This document shows, piece by piece, positions 34,701-46,343 of a stretch of 64,000 nt of DNA (position 1 is the stretch's first letter; each line of letters opens with the position of its first letter). The notes beneath the pieces were generated by a model that searched no databases, was not told the origin of the DNA, and saw nothing but the letters and a program-made list of their open reading frames with translations. A program made the translations under genes and the position numbers. The DNA is from a virus, in IMG/VR virus record IMGVR_UViG_3300040801_001492, positions 1 to 64,000 of that record; one strand, given 5' to 3'.

Positions 34701-37700
34701 TAATAAGTAAAGAACTTGTTAATGATATAAATTATGATCCTAGAAAAATACCAGGATCAAAATCAAATTTACTTTATGAAACAATAAATGTAACAAGGTA
34801 TAAATATACTTGTACACATCTTTTGTCTAATAAAACTACTATTAAGTATAAAACTTTTGTTACTTTTATTAGTAGTATGTATGCAAGTGAACAAGATTCT
34901 GCTTTTAGAGGTACTATGGAGTTAGAGAAATGGAAATTTGATAGTATACTTGAACCAGATTTTTATATTCGTTAAATAAATAATATTATGGAAAGAATAT
35001 ATAGAATACTTAAGGAAACAGAACCTAACGGTAGTGTTAGATACACTCCTCAGTATAATGATTGTTATGGTGAATCTGATGCTTGGCGTTATTTAATATT
35101 AGAGAGTATTGATCACGGTTCAGATTATCAAACTTTACTTTGGGCAAAGAGATGTATAGACAAGAATATTGAAGAACAAAACTATATTAATAAAACTAAA
35201 GTTGAATATATTGAATATCCTCCCAATCAAGATTTAGAAGATTATTGGGAAATATGTGATGAAAAATTTCCTACAGAGGATGATGCCATTGATAGAGCTA
35301 AACAATTATTAGGTAAAAAGTGGAATAAACATACTACATTGACTCATTATTGGTGGAATCCTGAAGATGAATGTTATGAATCTGAAGAATATTCAATGTA
35401 AATAAATAATATTATGAATATGAATAACATGATAAGCTTTCGTAAGATTATAGCTGTTCCTAATATTAAGATTGTAACAATATGGAATTTGCGTAGGAAA
35501 CTAAGACCTCATGATACTATTCTTATTGAGTATAGAAAAGTATTCGATGGTAAGACTCATTATTATCTTAAAGAAGAATACATTGATTTAAACTAATTAC
35601 TATGAAAACAATAAAGATTAAAACAGATTATGGTGAATGGAAAGAGATTGAAGTCTCTGATGAATCCTTTAAAAACATTGAGAAAGAAGTTAAACCTAAA
35701 TTCAAAATAGATGATTGGGTATATTTTGCACATGCCTATAATCAACCGTCTGTAAGAAAGGTTAAAGTTATTGAAGGAGATCACGTTTGGATGGATAATG
35801 GTTTCAGACTTCATTATTGTTATCTCCGCCACGCTACCCCCGAAGAGATCAAAGAGCATCTTATAAAAGAAGCTGAAGAGAGAGGGTTTAAAATAGGAGT
35901 AAAAATAAAATTTATTGGTGGAAAAGGTACTGCTATTCTTAAATATAATGAGTTTGTATATCATTCGGAAGATGATGAACTATTTCTAGCACATTGGCGA
36001 ATCTACGCACAAGGAAGATGGGCTGAGATAATCGGAAGCGACACAATAAAGATAAATGGTCACGAAATCGCCATTTATCGTAATAATATAATAGTTGATA
36101 GCCTCTTAATAGAGTTTGATACAGTCAAAAAGATATACAAGCAAATGAAAAACTGAGGAGGTTATGAAAACATTTTGGGAAAAATTAATCCATATATTAT
36201 TCATTGTGTGTTTATCTATAACTACATTATTATTATTATTTATACTTATTATGAGTATAATATTAATATGGAATGACAAATTAAATATAGAGTTATATAC
36301 AAATTTAATATATACTAGTTTGATTATGGTTGCAATTTTTGGTATACCTACTATTATTACAGGAGTTTATGAATTATAAATAATTATTAACCAAGGGAAG
36401 ATAAAGAGGAGAAGGCAAATAACTAAAAATAAAATGTATAATAAAAAATATTCAGAAGAACAAAAACTTAACGCTTTTATAGCATATGCTTCAAATGCTA
36501 ATAAATCTTGGGGAATAACTACATTAGTAAAGATGTTTATAAAGGAAAATCCTCACCTTAAGTTTAAAAACTATATGCACATTAGTAAAGCAGTATTAAA
36601 TGCTAATATAGGAACTAGATTTAAAAATAGTGTTATTATACCTTATAAATATTGTAATGGTATATCCCCATCAGAATCTAGTACTCTTAAAGAAGAACTT
36701 TCTAAAATAGCTCATTCATATTATAAGAAAAAGAAACAACAGCCTAAAAAGGTTAATAAATCAGTTTCTGCATCTTTTACTTTTCATTTTAAAGTAGGTT
36801 CTTTGGTAGTATATAAGAATAGATATACCGATACTGTTTACATAGTGATTCATACAGGAAATCATACTGTTAATCTTAGAATTATTTATTCTCCTAACCT
36901 ACATTCAATAGGTACACCTTATTATGCTGTAGATATAGATAAACTGGAACTCTTCCAAGGAACATGTACTATTACATCTGAACATAAATGTACAGTTGAG
37001 CAGGTTATTAAAACAAAAGTATTACAATGAAAAAACTATTTATTGTTATTTTATTAGGCTTATTATCGCTTAATACAGCAGAAAATACTAATAATACTGA
37101 GAAAAGTAATTTCTTTGTAATAAATACAACTATTATTTATTATAAGAAAACATATGTACGCATAAGGTCATACTATAATACTTATTATGTACAGGAGAAG
37201 AAACTTTATCAAGCATATGATGGTAGATATTCTAGTTGGCATATGAAACCTAGTAAGGCAATAAATGAATTAAAACAAAAATCATGAGTAAAATAAGAAA
37301 TATTAATGAATTATTAACTATTCTTCAAATTGTTTTTAGAGATATACATACTACAGGTTCAACTTCTCCAACAAGTAAATGCCTATGTGCTACTATTCTT
37401 GACCTAAGGGATAAAGGTATAATAAGTGTAGAAGAATATGATTATCTTGATTTATATATAGATAAGAATCAACCATTTACTTTTTATAATTTATTTCATT
37501 CCAATGGATATTATTGGAAACCTTATAAAACAGAACCACGTCTTCGTTGGTTAAGTAAGCATATTAAAAAAACATTAAAACAATAATTATGGAAACATTT
37601 GAAGTATATTCTAAAATATTAGATGAAAACATCAAGAAAGATGTTGTTAACTCACCTATCTGGAAAGAATGTTATCATCTAGAAGAAATTGACCCCGATG

Positions 37701-37770
37701 AAGACTTCTATTGTTATACTATCAAATTTGATGGTGTAAAACCTGTTCAATGTACTAAATATAAAAAGAT

Positions 37771-38160
37771 ATGAAAAAATTATTATTCTTATTACTATTT
37801 ATACCATTCTTTATAGGCTGTGAAAAAGAACCTATAGATGATGAGGTATGTTGGGAATGTACTATTACCGAAACATTGACACTAAGTGATAGTGATGATT
37901 TACAGTATTTTCTTGACCAAGGATATACTGAGGACGATCTTATTTGGCTAAAAGAAGTAAATACATACTGTTATAGTTCTTCTGCTCTTAATAACGAAGG
38001 ATATACTGTAAAACAATGGGAATATATACTTGAAGATTCTTTTAATCATTACAGTTCTACAAGAGCAGGTGTACCTGTATATTTTCAAGACGATAGTTTT
38101 GTTTTCTCTAAAGTAAGTTATAAAGATAGAGAAGCAGAATGTGTATTAATAACCAATTAA
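37771..38160 (+). CDS. Lipoprotein
   Basis: MKKLLFLLLFIPFFIG-C-EKEPIDDE: lipobox-like site plus an acidic post-Cys stretch. Confidence 0.8.
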   Translation: MKKLLFLLLFIPFFIGCEKEPIDDEVCWECTITETLTLSDSDDLQYFLDQGYTEDDLIWLKEVNTYCYSSSALNNEGYTVKQWEYILEDSFNHYSSTRAGVPVYFQDDSFVFSKVSYKDREAECVLITN

Positions 38161-39782
38161 AACCATATAATCATGTTAAAAGTTAATAACCTTAAAGTAA
38201 GATGGGCACATAGGTTGCCGTCAAATAATATTGAAGGACTGTCTGTATGCAATGTTTCTGATGAGAAAGAAACTATACTAGGCTCAGGTACATCAACCTG
38301 TTCTAAAGAAGATAATTTTTGCTATGATACAGGCCGTAAAATATCATTAGCAAGAGCACTTAAACAGTCTAATCTTTCTAAAAAAGAAAGAAATGAGATA
38401 TGGGAAGGATATAGAAATATGACTGAAGAATTAAGATGGTAATATATTATGAAAAAGATATTAATACCAGTTGAAACTAAAGACCGACTACCAGACAAAG
38501 ATGGCGTTTATAGGACAGACCATGGCTTCGCTATTTTCAATAATGGCAAATTCACGTCATGTAAATACGGTGATGTTTTAACTTGGCTTGAAGAAGTGTC
38601 AGAGGAAGAATATTTGAAGCAGAAGATGAAGGAAGTAAATGATGATAGCATTTATTCAATAGACGATATAAACGATCTACTTTATTGTATTCAGTCTTTT
38701 ATTAGATCATTTTTCATGACTCAAAAATGGAATCATTTTAGAGAAAATTGGGATCATATTAAAAATGACAATACAATTCTTGGGGAATCAACACAGGAGG
38801 AAGAACAATGAAATTTATTGACTATATAATAGAAAAGATAGTATGGTTAGCAATAATACTATTTATTGTTGCTATGGTAGTATCAATAATAAAAATATTT
38901 TGGTAATATGAATGGAGCTGATATATTCTTAATATTTATACTGATATGGATTATTGGTAATATTATTGCTATGATTATATCAGTAACTAAAAATAGATAT
39001 AAATGAAAGTAATAAAAGACTTTAAATTTAATATATATAAAGTAACTACTGAAGATTTTACTGTTAAATGCAATAGAGCACCATTACCTGGTACTTGTGC
39101 TACAGATGTACTGATAGAATGGGAAAGAATTAATCATTCAGGTTCTGATAACAGTAAAAAATTAGCAGAAGCTATAAAAGCTATAGTTAATTATATTATT
39201 GAAGATGAAGAAATATATTGTATAGTATTTACTGATTCAGGTGGTTATGATAATATCTATTCTGTACTAACAGATAAATATTTTACTAAAAAAGAAGGAT
39301 ATACTGTTTTTCAGTATAGACCACATGGAAAAGATAAAGATTATTATATGAGACATATAGTATATGTAAAACCTGAAAATTAAGTTATGAAAAAATTTAT
39401 ACTAATATTTATAGGTATAGTTAGTATACTTATAGAATTTTTATTAATATTAGCTGTAGTAAATATTATTATAGCTGCTATAGGAAAACCATTATTGTTG
39501 TCTATAATATTATATGTAATAGCTATATTAATATTATTTTTGTTTGTATTAGGAGTAGTATTTATTAGTGAATATATTAATACAATTATTCAACTATTTA
39601 AATATGAAAAAGCATTGAAAAAACATAATGACTTTATTAATACTAATTTAAAGAAAACTAAATAAAGATGTTATCTTTCGTTGTTTTGTAATAGTTTGCA
39701 ATATGGTTTTTTTATAATCGTGTTACATTCTAAATAAATGGCGAATTAAAGCTGGCTGCCTAGTAGGTAGTTTTTAAGGTTG

Positions 39783-39814
39783 AGAGGGGAAGACGGCAAA
39801 CTTCCCCTCTTTTT
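39783..39814 (+). terminator. Intrinsic terminator
   Basis: AGAGGGGAAG-ACGGCAAA-CTTCCCCTCT-TTTT. Confidence 0.88.
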
Positions 39815-40192
39815 ATTAACTAAAAATTTATTAAAATGAGAGATTCATTGAAAATTATGCTTTACCTTATTATGAGTGTTGTTATATTAGTCATAGTATG
39901 GGTTATTATCTGTCCTATTTTATTAAATGGAGAAACTGTTCTAGAAAAAGTAGGAGGATTTGTTCTTCTAATAGGTACTCCTGCTATTATATTATTAGCT
40001 TCAGATAGATTTATTAACTAACTAAATATAAAACTATGAAAACTACATCCGACGAAATGAAGAAAGCCAAACGTATAGCTATGCGTGATATGCTTAGCGA
40101 ATCTGTTAGTGATAAGCTAGCAATGGGAGTTGTTAAACCTTTCTTTCTAATACATGAGAAAGATATTTTATTGTATTCTAAAAGTAATATAA

Positions 40193-40666
40193 ATGAAACG
40201 TATCCATTATACCAATAAAGACTATATAGACGTAACTAGAGAATATCATTCAACTGATATGTGGCTTAAACCGATAGGATTATGGTATTCATTAGACTAT
40301 GTATGGGAACAGGTATGTATTGGTTACAATGTACCTTGTGGTAAGAATAAACTTTTACTGGATATTATTGATGAAGGTATATTTATTATTGATTCATTAG
40401 ATAAGCTAAGAGTATTTATAGATAAATATGCTGACCTAGATAAAGGATTTATTAACTGGACAAGTGTACAGAATAAATATGATGGTTTCGAAGTACGTAA
40501 CTATAACTATATACTAAGCCAGATAAGAAAATATTATCCTTATGAGCTTGAATATATTTGGTTTAACTCACTTGATTGTGCTAGTGGATGTTTATGGAAT
40601 TTGTCAGCAATTCATAGTATTACAAAATTAGAGGAAAGCTTACAGAAATCTGGGGTTTTCTCATAA
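40193..40666 (+). CDS. Conserved viral protein, possible ADP-ribosyltransferase-like fold
   Basis: IHYT...KPIGLWYS...YDGFEV...DCASGCLWN. Confidence 0.4.
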   Translation: MKRIHYTNKDYIDVTREYHSTDMWLKPIGLWYSLDYVWEQVCIGYNVPCGKNKLLLDIIDEGIFIIDSLDKLRVFIDKYADLDKGFINWTSVQNKYDGFEVRNYNYILSQIRKYYPYELEYIWFNSLDCASGCLWNLSAIHSITKLEESLQKSGVFS

Positions 40667-43137
40667 AATATATATAATTATGGAGAAATTAAAATTAGAT
40701 GGCTACAAACATGATAAAAGACAATCATTACGTACTTTTATTACTAATTTTCTTAAAACCTATAATCGAGAATATCATACCTTATATGCAGAAGGAGAGA
40801 ATGAAGGATTATTACAGACACCTTGGCGATGCTCACGTTCACTAGGTGATATAACAGCTATATGTAACTATTACTATCCTGATACAACGAAAGAGGAAGT
40901 AAAGGAAATACTATTAGGATCGGGTAAGAATCTAGTAGGACATTATTGTAGTGATATACATAAAAGAGTGTATGAACATTTATCTATACATCCTGGTTGG
41001 GTTCAAGCTGATAATGGTATGTTTGATGAATATGGTGATGAAATAACATATAATGACTATGAAGATAAGAATACATGATGAATTAAATTATCCTTTTAGT
41101 TCAATAGAAAAAGAATTATTTATAAGAGCACATGCTGACATAAAAAGTATACACTTAGCACACTCTGATAGTATAAATACCATTGATTTAATACGTAAAA
41201 TATCTAAATATTTACATTTAACAGGCTTATATACTCTTTATGATGAAAAATCTAAATATATACTAGATAGGAAATTAACTGATATACAGTGGATGGGTTT
41301 ACATACATTAGTAATACTTACTGTATCAGCATTAAATCAATATTCTGATAATATTATTTACTATAAACCAGGTAACCATATAGAAACTCCTTTTAGTACA
41401 ACACTAACAACATTAGTAAAAGTATTAGATTATCTATGTGGTAAAATATTCTATGTTAATGAAATTGAATATTCCGTATGGTTTAATATTTATCATAATA
41501 TATTAGGTAGTATATTATGTCCTGATGTTGGTGCTAGAGTTTTCTTTAATGAGAATATATATATATCACTAGAATTAGTTAAAAATCTCCTTAGTCAGGA
41601 TAATATAAAAGATATTTATAGAATTATATTAATAGAATCCGATGAACCGAGTAAATATGCTCTTAGTTTAGGCGACCTTGATTATAGAGATGAATTTGGA
41701 TATACAGTATATGATATATTAGATAGTTTAAAGAGAACTATTGTTTTTGATAAGGAGATAGATGATGATATGTATCATATAAATGAGGATGTTACTGGTA
41801 TCCTTAAATGTAACACTAATATTATAAATTATACTAATTACGATAAAATGGTTAAAAAATATACAGATGAAAAGAAGACTTAAAGAAAATATTGCAGATA
41901 ATTCAGATGGAACAACTTCATTTACTACTTCCAATGGTGCAAGTTGGAATATATATGATGTAGAACAGGTTAAGTTTGATACTTTACAAGAATACTTAAA
42001 AGAAAGCAGAGAAGCAATGAAAATACAAAATTTTGAAGCACGACAACCTTTTATACCAGAAGAAGCTGTAAAAGAAGAACCGAAAACCAAATTACCAAAG
42101 AAAGTGAGTAAGTTTATTAATGATATGAGAGAGAAATATGAGCAGTTACAGCAAAATAAAGAACTATCTGTATCTTCTTTGTCTAATAAAGAAAGCTCAT
42201 TAGAAGATTTATTTGAAACAGATATATTGTCCTGCGTATATAATAGTTCTGTATCTTATTATCTATGGCATTCTTATCGAACTACTAAGAATCCTATATA
42301 TTTATTAGCTCTTTTTATAGGTGCTAATATTTTAAGAACTGATATACACATTAGGATAGCTTACCAATGTGCATCTAGTTTACCTTTAGATGATAGTACA
42401 GAAAGTAAGAAAAAGTTTGAATCTGTTTTGAATAGAATATATGCTCCTGGTAATTTTGATAGACGTATAAGAGGATTATTAACAAGTATACCTGGATATA
42501 AGGCTAGTAGTGATACTGAACTAATAATAGATAGTAAAAACATGTTAGAAGATATTTTACCTATAATGTTAGAACATTTTAAAAATGGTGTAGTATATCC
42601 TGAGTTTAATATCAGCGATTACTATAGTTTATTAGAACTAAAACGTACAATACGTAAGTATAATATAACTACATGTAAGCTATTAGATAAAATATTATCT
42701 TTTAAAAAAAGCATGGAATTTGAATCTATTATAATGGGTTTAACTATAGTATATATGCCCTATGAAAATATGATGATAGCATGTTTTGCTGAGGTAAATA
42801 ATGTATTATCTTCTATTAAATTATCACGCCATCATATAAAAAGTTTTAATATGTTTTTGGAAAAATATAATACAAATAATTTGGTTAAGAGCAAAAAAAG
42901 TAGTATGTTAGAACCAGTAACTATTGATGGTAAGGTATATGATAAGCATATTATTAACCAAGCTATTGAAGATTCTTTAGATGATGTATTGTTAAATGTT
43001 GAAATAGAGGAGGAACTAAATGAAGAAGAAGAAAGCTAAAAAGCCTATAATAGGTTTAGGTAAAAGTAGTTTACCTAAGGGACATCTTATATATGATGAG
43101 AATGAGTTAGAGAGAGAAACGCTTAAAATTAAATATT

Positions 43138-43719
43138 ATGAGAGGATTAAGATTAATTATTGATCTTACACGTGTAGTAGCTAATGAAATAACAATAACT
43201 GAGTATTTATCTTTATATTATATTAAACTAGTTAATGCAGGCGAAGATCATAAATTATTCTTTAAATCGTTTTTACCTTCTGATAAGGATTATACATATT
43301 TAGGACAGAAAGGATTTGTTGTCACATCTGCTTTTAGTAAGTCACAATATGAACTAACAGATAAAGGTAGAAAACTATTTCCTAACATAGATAATTCATT
43401 TGAAGAATTTTATAATATGTTTCCACATAAAGTACCTGATAGTACAGGGCACTATAGACCAGTATCTACTAAGGATATAACAAGTGTAAGTGCTCAGGCT
43501 ACTCGTAAGCTGTGGAATAGAATAATTGGGTCTAATCCTTCATTACAGGATAATATTATTGAAGGACTAAAGAAAGAGTTGAAATATAGAGAACGTAGTG
43601 GTACAATGATGTACCTTAATAATATAGATACGTGGTTACGTAATTATACATGGGAAAAATGGTTAGCTGATATTAATGATGAGGAGAAAAATGTGAATGG
43701 TAGTATGACAAAAATTTAA
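43138..43719 (+). CDS. Putative replication initiator / helicase loader (wHTH plus helical domain)
   Basis: YELTDKG wing; FEEFYNMFPHKV...TWLRNYTWE; immediately upstream of DnaB. Confidence 0.6.
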   Translation: MRGLRLIIDLTRVVANEITITEYLSLYYIKLVNAGEDHKLFFKSFLPSDKDYTYLGQKGFVVTSAFSKSQYELTDKGRKLFPNIDNSFEEFYNMFPHKVPDSTGHYRPVSTKDITSVSAQATRKLWNRIIGSNPSLQDNIIEGLKKELKYRERSGTMMYLNNIDTWLRNYTWEKWLADINDEEKNVNGSMTKI

Positions 43720-43736
43720 ACTTTTTTAATTAAAAA

Positions 43737-43768
43737 TTTGTAATTTTCGCATATTTTAGTTATATTTG
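43737..43768 (+). promoter_or_regulatory. Bacteroidota-type promoter for the replication operon
   Basis: TTTG-N20-TATATTTG. Confidence 0.85.
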
Positions 43769-43792
43769 TAGAAAGATTTGTGGGGAGAAAAT

Positions 43793-44926
43793 ATGCACTA
43801 TAAAGAGACGTTAAAACAATTACAGCTAAATAAACAGAAACGTTTAGCTGGTGATGTAATATCTATACCATGGTCATTACCTAGATTATCTAAGATATTA
43901 CCTGGTATTGAAAAATCAAGATACTATTTAGTTACTGCAAGTGCCAAAGCAGGAAAATCGCAACTCACTGATTATCTGTTTGTTTACCAACCTATCGAAT
44001 GGTTGATGAACAATATGGATTCTAATATATCACTAAAGATATTCTATTTTTCTTTAGAGATGTCTATTAAGGCTAAGTTGCTATCTGCTATGTGCTATAA
44101 GCTTTTTCAGGAGCATCAGATTGTTATTAGTCCTCAGGATTTAAGTTCGGTATTTTCATCTTATATTATGGATGATGAAATTGAACAGCTTATTCAAGAG
44201 GAGAAATTTACTCATTGGTTTGATACATTAGAATCGGTAGTTACCTATCATGATGATGTACGCAATCCTTATGGTATATTTAAAGTAATAAAATCTTATG
44301 CTGAACATCCTGATAATGGTAGATACACATATAAATCTATACCATGGCAGAATGATGACGGTACGTTTATTCAAAAGACAGTAAGGGATAAATATATTCC
44401 TGTCCGTCCTAATGAATATGTACTTATTATTGTTGACCATATAGGTTTATTACAGCCTAAGGCTGGTGATAATCTACACCAGGCTATTAGTGAGTTTAGT
44501 AGCGGATATTGTCTTGAGATGCGTGATAGATGGGGTTATTCGCCTGTAATAGTACAGCAACAAACAGCCGATTCTTCTAAGGCACAATTTACTGTCAGAG
44601 GAGATACTATTATAGATAAGATTAAACCTGATCAAGAAGGGCTGGCTGATAATAAATATACAGCCAGGGATGTAGACTTGATGATTAGTTTATTCTATCC
44701 TAAGAGATATAATATAAATTTCTATGAAGGAATAGATTTAACTAAGATCGGAGAGCAACATAGAGAGTTTGCAATTAATTTAAACAGAAATGGTATATCT
44801 AATGCATCATTACAGTTATTTTTTGTAGGTTCAAATTCTTATTTTGAAGAATTACCTAAGGAGATAAATGATTTTGATTATGAAAGATATAATCAACTGT
44901 TAACTAAAAATAAGAGGAATAAATAA
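43793..44926 (+). CDS. dnaB: DnaB-like replicative helicase
   Basis: ASAKAGKS Walker A, FSLEMS, IIVDHIGLL, VQQQ; start adjusted to ATG. Confidence 0.85.
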   Translation: MHYKETLKQLQLNKQKRLAGDVISIPWSLPRLSKILPGIEKSRYYLVTASAKAGKSQLTDYLFVYQPIEWLMNNMDSNISLKIFYFSLEMSIKAKLLSAMCYKLFQEHQIVISPQDLSSVFSSYIMDDEIEQLIQEEKFTHWFDTLESVVTYHDDVRNPYGIFKVIKSYAEHPDNGRYTYKSIPWQNDDGTFIQKTVRDKYIPVRPNEYVLIIVDHIGLLQPKAGDNLHQAISEFSSGYCLEMRDRWGYSPVIVQQQTADSSKAQFTVRGDTIIDKIKPDQEGLADNKYTARDVDLMISLFYPKRYNINFYEGIDLTKIGEQHREFAINLNRNGISNASLQLFFVGSNSYFEELPKEINDFDYERYNQLLTKNKRNK

Positions 44927-44927
44927 T

Positions 44928-45632
44928 ATGTCAGAATTAATAGGAATTGTAGGAGCAACTGGTACAGGAAAAAGTACAGCTATCATGCAAGACCCTGATT
45001 TAGGTATTGAAGGATTAAATCCTAAGGAAACATTTATTATCAATATAGCAAATAAACCATTGCCATTTAAAGGATGGAAGAAACACTTTATTCCTTTGAA
45101 TAAGGATGGGGAAGGAAACTTGCTTAATTCTGATAATCCAATAGATGTACTAAAAGTACTGGATTATATAGATAAGGTAAGAACAGATATTAAATATATT
45201 ATAATAGATGATTTTCAATACGTACTTGCCTTTGAATTTATGTCTAAAGCTTTAGAAAAAGGCTTTGACAAGTTTTCTATAATGGCAAAAAATGCTTTCG
45301 ATATACTTAATAAAGGACGTAAGCTAAGAGATGACCTTAAAGTATTTGTACTTACTCATTCAGAAGAGTATCAGAAAGATTTTGAAACTGTACGTAAGAT
45401 GAAAACAATCGGCAAACTTTTGGACGATAAGGTAACATTGGAAGGCTTATTTACTGTATTATTATATACCCATTCGGAATGGGATGATAAGGCAGAAAAA
45501 GGCAGTTACTTCTTTGTTACTAATAGAACAAATGATTACCCCGCCAAGAGTCCTGTACGTATGTTTGATAGTATAAAGATACCTAATGATTTGGGCTTTG
45601 TTAGCCGTAAGATTGATGAATATAATAAATAA
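44928..45632 (+). CDS. AAA_24/Sak4-like P-loop ATPase
   Basis: GATGTGKST, IIIDDFQY, KTIGKLLD and AKSP. Confidence 0.85.
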   Translation: MSELIGIVGATGTGKSTAIMQDPDLGIEGLNPKETFIINIANKPLPFKGWKKHFIPLNKDGEGNLLNSDNPIDVLKVLDYIDKVRTDIKYIIIDDFQYVLAFEFMSKALEKGFDKFSIMAKNAFDILNKGRKLRDDLKVFVLTHSEEYQKDFETVRKMKTIGKLLDDKVTLEGLFTVLLYTHSEWDDKAEKGSYFFVTNRTNDYPAKSPVRMFDSIKIPNDLGFVSRKIDEYNK

Positions 45633-45649
45633 TAATTTAATTAAAAACT

Positions 45650-46261
45650 ATGAGTGGAATTAATTTTAACAATGAGAGCGAGTTTATTAATGAAGTGAGT
45701 ATTTTTAACAATGGCGAACCAGGTATTGTTGAGAATGTTAAAGTGAGAGTAGAGGTGAAGTCTCCTGAAGATGAAGATAAGAAACCTGCATATAAGTTTA
45801 TTGCTCAAGATAAGCATGGAGAGATTAACGAAGGATTTTTCTATTATGAATCAGCCGAAGATAAAGGATTCAAGAATTATCAAGCACAGAGACTTATAAG
45901 GTTAGCTAAGGGAGTACTTGGGGATGATGTTGAATTTCCAGTTTTTAATACACCAAAAGAGGCACTAGATAATATTATGAAGATGGTTGCTAAAGGTTGT
46001 AAAGATAAATATTATCGTGTAGCTGTATGCTACGGTACAACCAGAAGGCCCGATTCATATCTACGCTTTAGATCATTTGGTCGTTTTATTGAGCCTATGT
46101 CGGTTGAACCGGCTACATTAAAGTTTGATAATAGCGATAATATGGTTAAGAAAGCTATAGAACCTACTAGTGAACAGTTGTTAGTACAACAGATGAACCA
46201 AAACCTACCAGAACAACCATCACCTTCTCCAGATGAAGAGAAGAGTGATCTACCGTTCTAG
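45650..46261 (+). CDS. Single-stranded DNA-binding protein
   Basis: Acidic C-terminal tail ending SDLPF; follows the Sak4-like ATPase. Confidence 0.7.
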   Translation: MSGINFNNESEFINEVSIFNNGEPGIVENVKVRVEVKSPEDEDKKPAYKFIAQDKHGEINEGFFYYESAEDKGFKNYQAQRLIRLAKGVLGDDVEFPVFNTPKEALDNIMKMVAKGCKDKYYRVAVCYGTTRRPDSYLRFRSFGRFIEPMSVEPATLKFDNSDNMVKKAIEPTSEQLLVQQMNQNLPEQPSPSPDEEKSDLPF

Positions 46262-46297
46262 GTAGAATATTTTCTCAGTATAATTATATAACCATTG

Positions 46298-46332
46298 AAA
46301 GTAGGCTCCTATATTGGGGCCTACTTTTTTTA
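46298..46332 (+). terminator. Intrinsic terminator
   Basis: AAAGTAGGCTCC-TATATT-GGGGCCTAC-TTTTTTTT. Confidence 0.88.
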
Positions 46333-46343
46333 TCTATCTATAT

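Larger units (their letters stand above)
31202..43039 (+). other. Block of ~35 small co-oriented early/accessory genes, mostly hypothetical, many membrane or SH3-like
   Basis: Dense + strand ORFs with A-rich initiation regions (often TAATTATG); includes unlisted 32-aa hydrophobic ORFs at 38808..38906 and 38908..39006. Confidence 0.8.
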
